From NCBI GenBank assembly GCA_002011235.1, contig MTMO01000044.1:15025-79024 (forward strand): a stretch of 64,000 nt of DNA. Reading direction: 5' to 3'. Both the position numbers and the translations under genes were made by a program. How positions within the stretch are numbered: position 1 is the first letter of the stretch; the number at the start of each line of letters is the position of its first letter. Shown one piece after another: positions 48,421 through 58,596 of this stretch. This stretch comes from Archaeoglobus sp. JdFR-27. GTDB taxonomy: Archaea > Halobacteriota > Archaeoglobi > Archaeoglobales > Archaeoglobaceae. The notes under the pieces are model-generated. The model was not told where the DNA came from. It made no database searches and worked only from the letters and a program-made list of their open reading frames with translations.

Positions 48421-49710
48421 ATGAGACGAGCAAATGTGGCTTTGGTGACAGCAGATTCTTTGAGAGCAGACGTGGTTTTTGAAAATATAGACAAGCTTCC
48501 AAACTTTAAGAAGTTGGCAAATGAGGGGTTAGTTTTCAGAAATGCTTTTTCAAATTCAAGCACGACAGTACCATCATTGATCTCTTTGCATACAAGTACG
48601 TATCCAAATATGTTTGGTGGATTTAATAAAGGTATTAGAAAGCGAAAAACATTGGCACAAATTTTAAATAAATTAGGATACAAAACCTTTGGAATCAATA
48701 CAAATGCATTGGTTGAAGTTACATTAGGATTTGAAAAGGGATTCGATATCTTTCTCAACTTAAAACAGAATTACGGGACAATTTTACTAAGGAAGTTAAT
48801 TCGATGTAGACTCACTGAAAGAGCTGACCTATTTTTAGACCATTTCAAGTACGCTTTTAATGAAGATTATATCCCATCAGTCAGAGGAGAACTTTTAGTT
48901 GAAACAATAAGAAAGATTTTAAAAAATCAAAGAAATAATAAGTCAAATAAGTCACCTGTATTTCTCTGGTGTCATTTTATGGATAGTCACCACCCCTACA
49001 AGCCACCATTTAGATTTTCCGAACCCAATCTTAGAAATCCATTACATCGATTCTATTACAGCTTAAAGCAAAGAAGATACACCACACTTGCAAAGAAATC
49101 AGACCGGGAAATATATTTAAAGCTTTATTTTGGGACAATTAAATACCTTGATTACTGTATTGGCAAACTTTTTGAGTTATTTAATGATAACTGGATTATC
49201 ATTGTTACTTCAGACCATGGCGAAGAATTTTGGGAGCATGGGGGATGTTCCCACTCGAGAAAACTTTATGATGAATTGATACACGTTCCTCTAGTCATAT
49301 ATGGGCCGGTAGATTTAGAGATAGAGGAAGATTTTTTGTTATCTCATGTACACTTAGCACCCACCATACTTGATGTACTAAAAATATCAACGAACTATAA
49401 TAAATTTTTAATGGGTAAAAGTATCCAAAAATTGGATGATAATAATGAAGAAAGGTATGTTTTTGCAGAGCATGATGGTATAAGAGCAATAAGAACCAAT
49501 AGATATAAATTGATAATTGATAAATCTAGCAAAACTATAGAACTTTATGATTTAAAGACAGATCCGAAAGAGAAGTATAATATCTTTCAGGATAAAGAAG
49601 ATGTTGCAAATGATTTGTTCAAAATTCTGGGTTATGAATTAAGAAGAATGAAGAGGTATGAAGCGATGTTAGAGGTTGCAAGAATAAAAGATAAGATGTT
49701 TAAAATGTGA
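48421..49710 (+). CDS. Sulfatase-like alkaline phosphatase superfamily enzyme (non-Cys nucleophile)
   Basis: 'TADSLRAD', 'STTVPSLISLHTS', 'HFMDSHHPY', 'TSDHGE', 'LYDELIHVPL'. Confidence 0.85.
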   Translation: MRRANVALVTADSLRADVVFENIDKLPNFKKLANEGLVFRNAFSNSSTTVPSLISLHTSTYPNMFGGFNKGIRKRKTLAQILNKLGYKTFGINTNALVEVTLGFEKGFDIFLNLKQNYGTILLRKLIRCRLTERADLFLDHFKYAFNEDYIPSVRGELLVETIRKILKNQRNNKSNKSPVFLWCHFMDSHHPYKPPFRFSEPNLRNPLHRFYYSLKQRRYTTLAKKSDREIYLKLYFGTIKYLDYCIGKLFELFNDNWIIIVTSDHGEEFWEHGGCSHSRKLYDELIHVPLVIYGPVDLEIEEDFLLSHVHLAPTILDVLKISTNYNKFLMGKSIQKLDDNNEERYVFAEHDGIRAIRTNRYKLIIDKSSKTIELYDLKTDPKEKYNIFQDKEDVANDLFKILGYELRRMKRYEAMLEVARIKDKMFKM

Positions 49711-50557
49711 CCCTAAACATTTTCCTTATTCCATAGTTTAACATCATCACAATTTCTCTAGAGGATAAAGCATAAATGTATTTATATAAAATGTGGTCAA
49801 TTAATGGCAATCTGAGCCCCCACTTTCTCATGAAATAAGTGTATGATCTTCTAAGCTCCTTATAATCTCTACGAATTTTAAGATAATCAGCTTTATCTTT
49901 ATACTTAACTTGGTCATGTACTAAGAAGCTATCAAAACTAACAACTTGCCTGTATGGACAGTTACTAAAATATATTTGTAACGTTTTATCTAAATCGTCA
50001 AAACCAACTTTGTAGTTTGGATCATATTCGAAATATTTTTTCAATTCTCTTTTAAAAAACATAGCACCGGCTGGCACTCCATCACAATAAATAAATCCAC
50101 ATTCTTGGAGTGGTATTTTATATTTATATATTATATTATTTTTAATTTTTATTTTTAGCCCCGATGTAGATAATAAATACATCTTGGAATCATATTGCGG
50201 AAAAGATATAGCTCCAATATTATATTTTTTAAATATATTCAATGCTACATTAATCGTATTATCTGAAATATACATATCATCATCCACAACGAACATATAT
50301 TTTGTATCAACAAGTTTTAATAACATATTTCTTCCTAGAGATATTCCTAAATTCTTATCACAATATATAATTCTATACTCTGGCTTGTTTTCAAGCCTTT
50401 TAAAGTATTTGACAATCTCACGATCGATAAATCCGTTATTCCAAATATATACTTGGTAGGGTATTGGGGTGTTTTTTTCTATATGCCTAATTGTGTTTTT
50501 CAATTTGTCAAGTTTATTGTAATGTAGAATGCAGTATGTTAGTTCAGGTTTGGTCAT
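49700..50557 (-). CDS. Glycosyltransferase family 2
   Basis: 'ILHYN', 'WNNG', 'NLGIS.GRN', 'VDDD', 'DDLD'. Confidence 0.85.
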   Translation of the reverse strand: MTKPELTYCILHYNKLDKLKNTIRHIEKNTPIPYQVYIWNNGFIDREIVKYFKRLENKPEYRIIYCDKNLGISLGRNMLLKLVDTKYMFVVDDDMYISDNTINVALNIFKKYNIGAISFPQYDSKMYLLSTSGLKIKIKNNIIYKYKIPLQECGFIYCDGVPAGAMFFKRELKKYFEYDPNYKVGFDDLDKTLQIYFSNCPYRQVVSFDSFLVHDQVKYKDKADYLKIRRDYKELRRSYTYFMRKWGLRLPLIDHILYKYIYALSSREIVMMLNYGIRKMFRVTF

Positions 50558-51480
50558 ACTTCATCCACCTTTTGATAATAGTTTTTTACCATTTCAAAAA
50601 ATTCGAGGTGATTTTTTACAAGTAGTTTCTTATCAGTCGAAGCAATAATCCCTCCTCTTGAATCATGAATTTGTACCCATTTAGCTCTTCTTTCTTTCCT
50701 CATCCCATGATCACTCAGGATGACAACTTCATCTGGTTTTATGTATTTTACCAGTTCAGATGTGCTCTCATCTATTACTTTGTATAGCTTTACTATTTCA
50801 TCCCAGTTATCCTCAACATGCATAAATCTATCAGGCAGAACAAAAACAATAAACGCAAAGTTAAACTCAAATTGATCATACAGCCACCTAATAGCCTCAA
50901 TCTCCCTAAAGTGCTGTTCAAATAAATCTCTTTTATACTTCTTTAAATCATTACCTCTTTTAGGCTCTCCTTGAAAGATTCTTTTCAATTTTCTTTCGAT
51001 TCTCTTAGGGTAGACACCGTAAGAATCTGGATAGGGTATCCCAGAGACCCAAACTCCATGAATTGGTTTGGGTGGATGTGTGACTGGAACACTCCATACG
51101 AGTGAATTTGGAATCAATTCCCAAATTCGTGGGGATTTTACATCTATCGATAGTGGTGGATTTTTGTAGAAAAGCTTACTCATTAACCACAATTTTACTG
51201 CTCTCCCAAAAAGATTGGAGGGTATCAGATGGTCTATTTTAGAAAATAGTTTAAAAAGCGTCTCGTTTTCGATTTTTCCAGAAATAGAGAGAATTTTATG
51301 CTCAAAAAAAGGTTTCCCAGTTGTTATCGTTGTCCAAGCTGCTCCAGAATCTATCTCTCTCTTTTGCCAAAACTGTTCTGGAAGCAAAACTTGCCTGTGA
51401 AGTTTTCTGTAAAATTTTGGTCTGATTTTCTCTAAGTGATTAAACGTTGCACCATCCCAGCCTATTACAAGGAGTTTCAT
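50554..51480 (-). CDS. Type I phosphodiesterase/nucleotide pyrophosphatase family protein
   Basis: 'IGWDGAT', 'SGAAWTTITTG', 'PDRFMH', 'LSDHG'. Confidence 0.8.
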   Translation of the reverse strand: MKLLVIGWDGATFNHLEKIRPKFYRKLHRQVLLPEQFWQKREIDSGAAWTTITTGKPFFEHKILSISGKIENETLFKLFSKIDHLIPSNLFGRAVKLWLMSKLFYKNPPLSIDVKSPRIWELIPNSLVWSVPVTHPPKPIHGVWVSGIPYPDSYGVYPKRIERKLKRIFQGEPKRGNDLKKYKRDLFEQHFREIEAIRWLYDQFEFNFAFIVFVLPDRFMHVEDNWDEIVKLYKVIDESTSELVKYIKPDEVVILSDHGMRKERRAKWVQIHDSRGGIIASTDKKLLVKNHLEFFEMVKNYYQKVDEV

Positions 51481-51488
51481 GCTCTCTC

Positions 51489-52538
51489 TTAAGATAAAGT
51501 TCTAATCACTCGCGCATAAACCTCGGCAATTCTACGACAGCTATATTTCTCAAGCAACTTCATTAGTTTCTTATTTCTGTTCCTTTTCCTTGATACTTTC
51601 AAGGCAATTTTAATCTTCTCAGCCACATCTTTAGCATCTAAGTTTACCCCTATACAGTATTCAGCGAATTCAAAATCTTCACTACTTAAAACACTTTCTG
51701 ACACAACAACTTTTAAGCCAGAGGCAAGGTATTCGTATATTTTTAACTGTCTTGGAACTCCGCATAGTGTGACACCTACATCACACAACTTCATCACTTC
51801 AGCAATAACTTCATTCGGCAAATATCCTAAGAAATAAACGTTCTTCAGATTTAGCCCCTCCTTTAAATCCTTCAGTTTGTTCTCTAGTTTTCCACCACCA
51901 ATCATAACTAGCTGAATGTCTGGCAAAAATCTCATGGATTCAACGAGGAGATCGAGATTATAGATCTCATTGAAACCTCCAACATAAATTACTAATGGTT
52001 TATTTAGGTCCACACCGTTCCTCTCGATTAATTCTATGGCATAATCTCTCAGAGTGTTATCGGAAGAAATGAATTTCTCTAAGTTTATACATAAATTTGT
52101 CTTAAAAACATCTTTTTTGAATTTAGAAATTTCTTGGTAATTCTCGTGAGGGATAACAATAACAGTATCAGCCACTTTTAAAGCCAACTTTTCAAGCAAA
52201 ATGAAAGTAAAAGTAATAGGATAAAGAAACCTTGGAATCGTATTGAAAATTGTCTCATAATCATCAACAAAATCTGCAATGAATTTTTTTTTAAACAAAA
52301 TTTTTGTCAAACCCCCAATGGCCAAACCGAAGTGTGTCGTACCTATAACAATACTGTAATCTGATTTTAGATCTGATTTTAACTGCTCTGAAAACTTCCT
52401 TAGTATCTCTAAACCTGAGCATTCCACAGTGTCAACATCGAAACCTTTTTCTTTCAGAGTCTCAGAAATTAACCATCTACCTATACTTACCTTTCCTTTA
52501 GCTGGTTTTAACCACATTACTTTAATTTTTTTCTCCAT
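51489..52538 (-). CDS. Glycosyltransferase family 4 (GT-B)
   Basis: 'YVGG', 'IGGGKLE', 'FLGYLP', 'KIYEYLASG'. Confidence 0.88.
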   Translation of the reverse strand: MEKKIKVMWLKPAKGKVSIGRWLISETLKEKGFDVDTVECSGLEILRKFSEQLKSDLKSDYSIVIGTTHFGLAIGGLTKILFKKKFIADFVDDYETIFNTIPRFLYPITFTFILLEKLALKVADTVIVIPHENYQEISKFKKDVFKTNLCINLEKFISSDNTLRDYAIELIERNGVDLNKPLVIYVGGFNEIYNLDLLVESMRFLPDIQLVMIGGGKLENKLKDLKEGLNLKNVYFLGYLPNEVIAEVMKLCDVGVTLCGVPRQLKIYEYLASGLKVVVSESVLSSEDFEFAEYCIGVNLDAKDVAEKIKIALKVSRKRNRNKKLMKLLEKYSCRRIAEVYARVIRTLS

Positions 52539-52806
52539 TCAGAAATTTTACAAGTTTCCTCTCATTAAAAAGTTTCCTGTCATCTCATAGATAACACTTT
52601 ATAACATCTCAAACATTTTGGCTTTTCAGGAGCATTCAACACCGTTCTTAGCGCCCTCCATTTCTCTCCTACATTGAAATCTGACATTTGTTAATAAGGC
52701 ATCTTCTTTATTCAATTCTTTTTTATGAGATTAATTAAATATTATAATTTCAATTTTAATTGATTTGAATAAGATTTTCTGTGTACTCGATTTCATTGTC
52801 AGTTTG

Positions 52807-53721
52807 TCAAGAGAATAGTTTCTTCGAATTTAAACAACCTCTGAGATAACCCATACCTACTATAAAAGAAAAGAGTAAAATCATCAGAATTTTAATCGCA
52901 TCTCCAACAGACCCTTTTAGCATGTTTGTAATTCTTACTGAGAGGCAGGCTCTCAGTAAGAATTTCAGGTAAAATTCTTCTTCTTTGATCTCTCCCACTA
53001 TCTTTTCCATCACAGCCTTCGAATACCCCTGCCAGAACGCCCTTTTAATGAGAAAACTGAGTTTTATTCGATTCTCAAATATTTTGTGATACACTACAGC
53101 ATTCGGATTATACATCACACCTTTCCCATACGCTTTCCTCATCCTCTCACAAAGCTCTGTTTCTCCACTCTGCAGCATTCTACTGCCTTTAATACCTCCC
53201 ATCATTATATTAAAGCCACCCAATTCCAGAAAAACATCTCTTTTGAAACTCAAATTGGATCCGAACGTATTCCTTACCTCTGTAACTTTTTTGGGGAATC
53301 CGAGATGTGTAGCTCCGATCATCCAGTAGAATTCTTCTGGTAGCCAGCTTGGCTTTTTGGTAAGCCATAAAGGCAAGAGTTTTCCCCCAGCTGCAATCGC
53401 TCCAGCCTTGTACATTTTAACCAATTCTTCAATCCAGTTTTTATCTGCAACCGCATCGTCATCAATAAAGGCTATCACATGACCACTCGCGAGTTCTACC
53501 CCTTTATTTCTGCTTACGAGCAGGCCATAATTCTTCTCATTGAGGTGGATAGTCATATCCGGAAATTCGGCCTTTATTCTTTCAAAATATTTTTTATTTC
53601 CATCTATGATGCAGATTATTTCAACATCTTTATATGATTGATTCTGTATGCTCTCAACACACTCTTTAAAGTGTTCGAACATGTTTGGTGTATATGTTGC
53701 GATTATCACGCTAACCTTCAC
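52807..53721 (-). CDS. Glycosyltransferase family 2, AglG-like
   Basis: 'VSVIIATY', 'FIDDDA', 'PEEFYWMIG', 'FGSNLSF', 'GETELC', 'RAFWQGYSK' resemble haloarchaeal AglG. Confidence 0.85.
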   Translation of the reverse strand: MKVSVIIATYTPNMFEHFKECVESIQNQSYKDVEIICIIDGNKKYFERIKAEFPDMTIHLNEKNYGLLVSRNKGVELASGHVIAFIDDDAVADKNWIEELVKMYKAGAIAAGGKLLPLWLTKKPSWLPEEFYWMIGATHLGFPKKVTEVRNTFGSNLSFKRDVFLELGGFNIMMGGIKGSRMLQSGETELCERMRKAYGKGVMYNPNAVVYHKIFENRIKLSFLIKRAFWQGYSKAVMEKIVGEIKEEEFYLKFLLRACLSVRITNMLKGSVGDAIKILMILLFSFIVGMGYLRGCLNSKKLFS

Positions 53722-53816
53722 AAATGCAAATTATCCTTTGCCTTAATAAAGCTGGTGCCTCTGTTAGAATGTCGTAATTAAAAGGGTTTAAATTAGCTCT
53801 CGTCTTCAAGACTAAT

Positions 53817-53830
53817 AAAAAAGTTTAAAT
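53817..53830 (+). promoter_or_regulatory. BRE/TATA promoter of aglB (probably leaderless)
   Basis: A-rich run then TTTAAAT ending about 24 nt before ATG 53854; no RBS. Confidence 0.55.
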
Positions 53831-53853
53831 CTCTTTCCTCTATCCCCTCCCTG

Positions 53854-56379
53854 ATGTCGAAAAAAGCTGATTACTGGCATTGGTTCTTCATCGCACTCGC
53901 AATTATTATCGGCTTATATATACGAATCTTAAACCCTTGGAATTCTGTATTCGTGTTTTGGATGGAAGGTGCAAGACTCAGTGGAAATGATCCATGGTAT
54001 TATTTTAGACTTATAGATTCAGCACTAAGGAATTTTCCAGATAGGATCTGGTTTGATCCCTTTACGAACTTTCCTTATGGTACCTATACTCATTTTGGGC
54101 CTTTCCTTGTTTATTTGAGTCTATTTTTTGCCAAAATTACTGGCGCAAATAATTTGGAATCTGTAAGAACGGCTATCTCTTTTATTCCGGCTTTTGGTGG
54201 AGTATTACTCGCAATTCCAGTCTATATCCTCACTTCACGGGTTTTTAATAAACAGACTGGCGTCATTGCCTCATTGCTCGTAGTAATCATTCCAGGTCAG
54301 CTTCTGCATAGGAGTGTTCTCAGTTTTAATGATCACCACATATGGGAAGTTTTTTGGCAATCTTTCACCTTAGCATTTTTTGTGTTGTCGTTGGAGGTGT
54401 GGAAAGGTAGAGGGGCACGAGAAAACATAAGAAATGGAAGAAAGATTGTTTTGCCTATTTTGACTGGACTCTTTTTGGGTTTCTACTTGCTAGCTTGGGC
54501 GCCTGGATTTGTTATTGGTCTTATTATTGTTTTTTATATATTTTTACTTTATCTTTTTAAACCTCTTTTAAAAAATGAAACGGAGAACTTTGCCATTATC
54601 GGTATTGTAGTCTTTTTAGTCGCCTCGCTTATGTACCTCCCATTTGCTTTCAAGGCTCCAACTTTTTCCACTACTCGTTATACGCCATTTCAATTGATCG
54701 TTTTATTGGGTTTGGCTTTTATCATAATCATATTTCATTTAATCGAAAATCTTGAGAAGAGGGGATTTTATAGAAAAATCGGAATTGAAGGTAAATACGC
54801 TTCTCCTACCATAGTTATTATTTTAGTAGGTATTGCCGCTTATGTAATTTCGATCATCTCACCTGACTTTTTTAACCTTTTCAATAGGGTTATAGGTGTT
54901 ATTCAACCTAAAGGAGGGGCATTAACGGTTGCAGAAATCCAGCCCTTTTTCATCCAAAACGGCGAGTTCAGCCTGGCAAATGCATGGGGCAACTTCAGCA
55001 TGACCTTCTTTTTTGCAATTCCAGGTATGATCTATATAGTATACCTTCTGATCAAACAAAGAAAACCCTTGTACCTTCTCGCTTTGGTTTGGGGCTTTGC
55101 AATGCTCATAGCTTTAGCTGGCCAGAATAGATTCGCATATTATTTCGGAGTCGTTTCAGCTGTTTTTGCAGCTGTAATGCTCGATGCCTTGCTCGATAAA
55201 CTTAAATTCTATGAATTTATCCAGGCAGCGATAAACAAAGAGGATGCTTTGAAAAAGGTAGGCTTCACCAAACCGATTATAGCAATTTTCTTCATCATCA
55301 TTCTGTTCTATCCAACGATCGCAGATGCAAATTTCCAGAGCAAATATTCAGCCGGCGGTATAAACAAGCAGTGGTACGATGCTTTGGTATGGATGCGAAA
55401 CAATACTCCAGGTAAAGAAATGTATGATCAATTCTACTATGAGCTATATCAACCAACGCCTGATCTTAAGAAACCTTACCCCTACTATCCTGAGGGAACG
55501 TATGGTGTGATGAGTTGGTGGGACTACGGCCATTGGATAACAGCCATAGCTCACCGCATACCCAATGCCAATCCATTTCAGCAGGGGATAGGCAATAAAT
55601 ACAACAATGTTCCAGGAGCGGCTCCTTTCTTCACAGCCTACAATGAAAGCGAGGCAAATGAAATTGCAGACAAGCTCGGTGTTAAGTATGTGATAAGTGA
55701 TGTTCTAATGGCTACGGGCAAGTTCTATGCTATGGCTGTCTGGGCTGAGGGAACACTTGAGAAGGCGAGCAAACTTTACTACATCGGCCCCGGCTACGTT
55801 TACATAACACCAAAGGGACAACTCGGGATAGCTCTCTCCAAATTTAACATACCCTCAGGATCGAAGGTTCTCACAGTAATTAATGTCCCTTCTGAGAATT
55901 ATTTCAAAACTATGGAGGCAAGACTGCATATAATGGATGGAAGCGGTCTTAAAAACTACAGAATGGTCTACGAAAGTGGGTTTGAATCGAAAACCAGCCT
56001 GACAATTGAAATGCTTTATCGCTATATCTATGATTCAGCTTACACAAAAGGAGAGATTGTGCCTGTAACATCAACTGGCTATGTCAAGGTTTTTGAATAC
56101 GTTAAAGGAGCAAAGATAACCGGGAAGGTTGGCGGATCTGTGAAGGAAGTCAGAATCTCAGCAGACATCACAACAAACCAGAACAGGACCTTTGTATATC
56201 AGCAAGTTTCAAAAGTTGTCGATGGTAAATACGAGTTCATAGTTCCCTATGCCCAAGAAACAACCTATCCGGTTAAAGCGTCGGAATACAGAATAACTGC
56301 AGGAAATGAAACCCGAGTGGTGTCGCTTTCCGATGACGATGTTGAGAATGGCAGGATAATTGTTGTTGATTTTGTTTGA
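53854..56379 (+). CDS. aglB: Oligosaccharyltransferase AglB (STT3), long form
   Basis: 'GNDPWYY', 'DHH', 'TVAE', 'WWDYG', 'DVLMATGK'; multi-TM N-terminal half. Confidence 0.97.
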   Translation: MSKKADYWHWFFIALAIIIGLYIRILNPWNSVFVFWMEGARLSGNDPWYYFRLIDSALRNFPDRIWFDPFTNFPYGTYTHFGPFLVYLSLFFAKITGANNLESVRTAISFIPAFGGVLLAIPVYILTSRVFNKQTGVIASLLVVIIPGQLLHRSVLSFNDHHIWEVFWQSFTLAFFVLSLEVWKGRGARENIRNGRKIVLPILTGLFLGFYLLAWAPGFVIGLIIVFYIFLLYLFKPLLKNETENFAIIGIVVFLVASLMYLPFAFKAPTFSTTRYTPFQLIVLLGLAFIIIIFHLIENLEKRGFYRKIGIEGKYASPTIVIILVGIAAYVISIISPDFFNLFNRVIGVIQPKGGALTVAEIQPFFIQNGEFSLANAWGNFSMTFFFAIPGMIYIVYLLIKQRKPLYLLALVWGFAMLIALAGQNRFAYYFGVVSAVFAAVMLDALLDKLKFYEFIQAAINKEDALKKVGFTKPIIAIFFIIILFYPTIADANFQSKYSAGGINKQWYDALVWMRNNTPGKEMYDQFYYELYQPTPDLKKPYPYYPEGTYGVMSWWDYGHWITAIAHRIPNANPFQQGIGNKYNNVPGAAPFFTAYNESEANEIADKLGVKYVISDVLMATGKFYAMAVWAEGTLEKASKLYYIGPGYVYITPKGQLGIALSKFNIPSGSKVLTVINVPSENYFKTMEARLHIMDGSGLKNYRMVYESGFESKTSLTIEMLYRYIYDSAYTKGEIVPVTSTGYVKVFEYVKGAKITGKVGGSVKEVRISADITTNQNRTFVYQQVSKVVDGKYEFIVPYAQETTYPVKASEYRITAGNETRVVSLSDDDVENGRIIVVDFV

Positions 56380-56426
56380 TTGAATATGAACCATGGAATT
56401 GATGTGGTTTAAATCCTTCTTTAACC

Positions 56427-56987
56427 TCATTTAGATTTTAACCTGACGTAAACTCCTAATACTGAAGTGAATGTTGCAATCCAGAAAGTCTCAGTAAACC
56501 TAGAATAAATCTGAAAGGTTATCCTGGCATTCTCTAATTTTAATACTTCAGTTGAAACTCCGCTGAGCGGAATCTTAAAAGGTAATTCAAAACCAGGGAT
56601 TCCTAGGTTTAAGAGCAGAATGGAAATAAAAGTCCCTGCAACAACCCATATAAGTTTTGATGAGCCGAATTTTACCAAATGCCTTGACCACCATTTTGAA
56701 GAAATTGATCCGAGGATGAGCAAACCTCCTGAGAGAACTATCAGTATCCTGAAAGAGAATCCAAGCCAGTAAATAACTGGAATCATTGTCTTTTCTCCAA
56801 AAAGAATCACCTCTGGGTTGAACGGATTCAAAGAAAAGAAGAAAGCCTCACCAATTCTTAACTCCCACCATGCTCCCAAAAATGGCACAAGGATTGTTAA
56901 AATCCCTGTGAATAACCCAACCACATTTATCTTTCTCTCACCTTTTGAGTCTCCTTGTTTCTCGCTTACTTCGATTGTCTCACTCAT
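56427..56987 (-). CDS. Hypothetical membrane protein (about 4 TM)
   Basis: Open frame with several hydrophobic segments; overlaps the upstream gene by 4 nt. Confidence 0.6.
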   Translation of the reverse strand: MSETIEVSEKQGDSKGERKINVVGLFTGILTILVPFLGAWWELRIGEAFFFSLNPFNPEVILFGEKTMIPVIYWLGFSFRILIVLSGGLLILGSISSKWWSRHLVKFGSSKLIWVVAGTFISILLLNLGIPGFELPFKIPLSGVSTEVLKLENARITFQIYSRFTETFWIATFTSVLGVYVRLKSK

Positions 56988-57466
56988 CTCGCTCCCCTTC
57001 CCTCCCGAATTTCAATTGTTATACCTAGAATCTCCATGATTATCTTAGCCTTCTTTAGCTCGATTTCTTCCTTCTCCAAATTTAAAGGTAGGTTTCCCCT
57101 CAGAGTTAAAGTTGAGTTTTCGTGTGGTTGGATCATGACCTCCTTTTCTAGCTCTATCTCAAACTCGACATTGCTTTTCTTACCCTCACCTTGTATCAAA
57201 ATATCCTTTATTTTCACAGGAAATGGAAAGGGCGAATCAAAATAAAACTGGGCAACGATACTTTTTCCTGCAATATCTATCTTTTTCAGTCCAAAATCAT
57301 CTTTGGAAATCTTTATTTTTGAAAACTTTTGCAGAATTGTTGGTAAATTTCCGATCATGAAATGTTCAATATCGCCATCGGACTGATACAACCCGTAACC
57401 AATACCTGAAATAAGTAACAACCATGGTAAAATCCATAAGATCACTTTGAGGGTAGTCTCTCCCAT
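56984..57466 (-). CDS. Membrane-anchored protein with possible LEA_2/WHy-like beta domain
   Basis: N-terminal TM; 'FDSPFPFPVKIKDI...V.IQPHENSTLTL' resembles the LEA_2 pattern. Confidence 0.45.
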   Translation of the reverse strand: MGETTLKVILWILPWLLLISGIGYGLYQSDGDIEHFMIGNLPTILQKFSKIKISKDDFGLKKIDIAGKSIVAQFYFDSPFPFPVKIKDILIQGEGKKSNVEFEIELEKEVMIQPHENSTLTLRGNLPLNLEKEEIELKKAKIIMEILGITIEIREGRGAR

Positions 57467-57620
57467 AATATTGAGATTTTAGTGATTGTATTTATCTTTG
57501 ATGGAATTCTCATTATGTTTTCGATGTTTTAAGCTAGAAATTTTATGAAACTGTAAAAAACATGAAACTGTAAAACATAAATAAATGTACTGTCCAGAAT
57601 TGTATGTTTAAAAGTAAATA

Positions 57621-58291
57621 AAAGGGCACAAGGTTGTACACTTGGATATCTCTCCTAAAATGCTTGAAATTGCACGCAAAAAGACTCATTCTTGCGGAAT
57701 CACTACCATAGAGTTTGTTCAGGGCAGTATAGATGACCTTTCTGGATTTGGAGATAATGATTTTGACTTAGTATTGTGTTTGGATTCGCCTCTGTCTTTT
57801 TGCTACAACACATATGAAACTGCCCTTTCTGAACTCGTAAGAGTTACCAAATCAAGGCTCGTGTTGTGTGTAATAAATAGATTAGGTGTTATTCCAGAGG
57901 GGGTAGATTTCGACCTCAAGCACTTTGGAAAGTTAAAAACCGTGTTGGAAGTATACGATACAGGAACCTTGGTGGTTACCGAAGAGTTCAAGCGTTTACA
58001 ACCAACTTTTTTCCAGGCTGGCACGCCTTCACACCAAACGAAATCAAAGAATTGCTAGAGAAAAAAGGGTGTTGAGTGGAGAAAATTTCTGCTCCTGGCA
58101 CATTAAGCCGTTTTGTAGAACCAGAACTACTCAAACGGCTTATCAATGACAAAGAGGCTTACGAAAGTTATCTTGATTTTGAGGAAAGATACGATTTAGA
58201 TATCAGTATCTTAGGTGTAGGGGTAGTAGGAGCAGGAGGTCTACTTATGACCGTGCGAAAGGAACAAGTAAATAAAATTCATATTATTTGA
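57621..58291 (+). pseudogene. Decayed class I SAM methyltransferase
   Basis: Homology starts abruptly at 'KGHKVVHLDISPKML' with no motif I; frameshift in the T6 run 58007-58012 (continues FPGWHAFTPNEIKELLEKKGC); in-frame TGA at 58073-58075. Confidence 0.8.
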
Positions 58292-58596
58292 TTTTTTGAT
58301 TTGAAAGCTGAATCGGCCCTATATGCTCATGTAGTTGAGTTATAGTTGCCCATGTGTGATCTTCACTGAGACCTGTAAGCTGCATTTTGGGAATAATCTC
58401 ATCAATGGTGGCTATCGCCTAAAAAACGAGTGATCCAGGATAGGTTTAAATGTTTGTTTAAATTATCGGGTTTAAGAGTCTCTCTTCCGATTCGGTGTAT
58501 GTGCGTGCCAAAGGAACTATATTCTCGATTCACGTGCCCTCTTTTCAGAGGACTTTAAAACGTCCCAAAAATGAAAGAGGTTATTTGTTTAGGAAT

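Noticed and set aside
52580-52687. 35-aa minus-strand ORF with a CxxC between GT4 and the AglG-like gene
   Set aside because: Too short, a single CxxC, and no RBS; unsupported without homology
58073-58075. In-frame TGA as selenocysteine readthrough
   Set aside because: The same gene is also 5' truncated and frameshifted, the position is not catalytic, and no SECIS-like hairpin is evident
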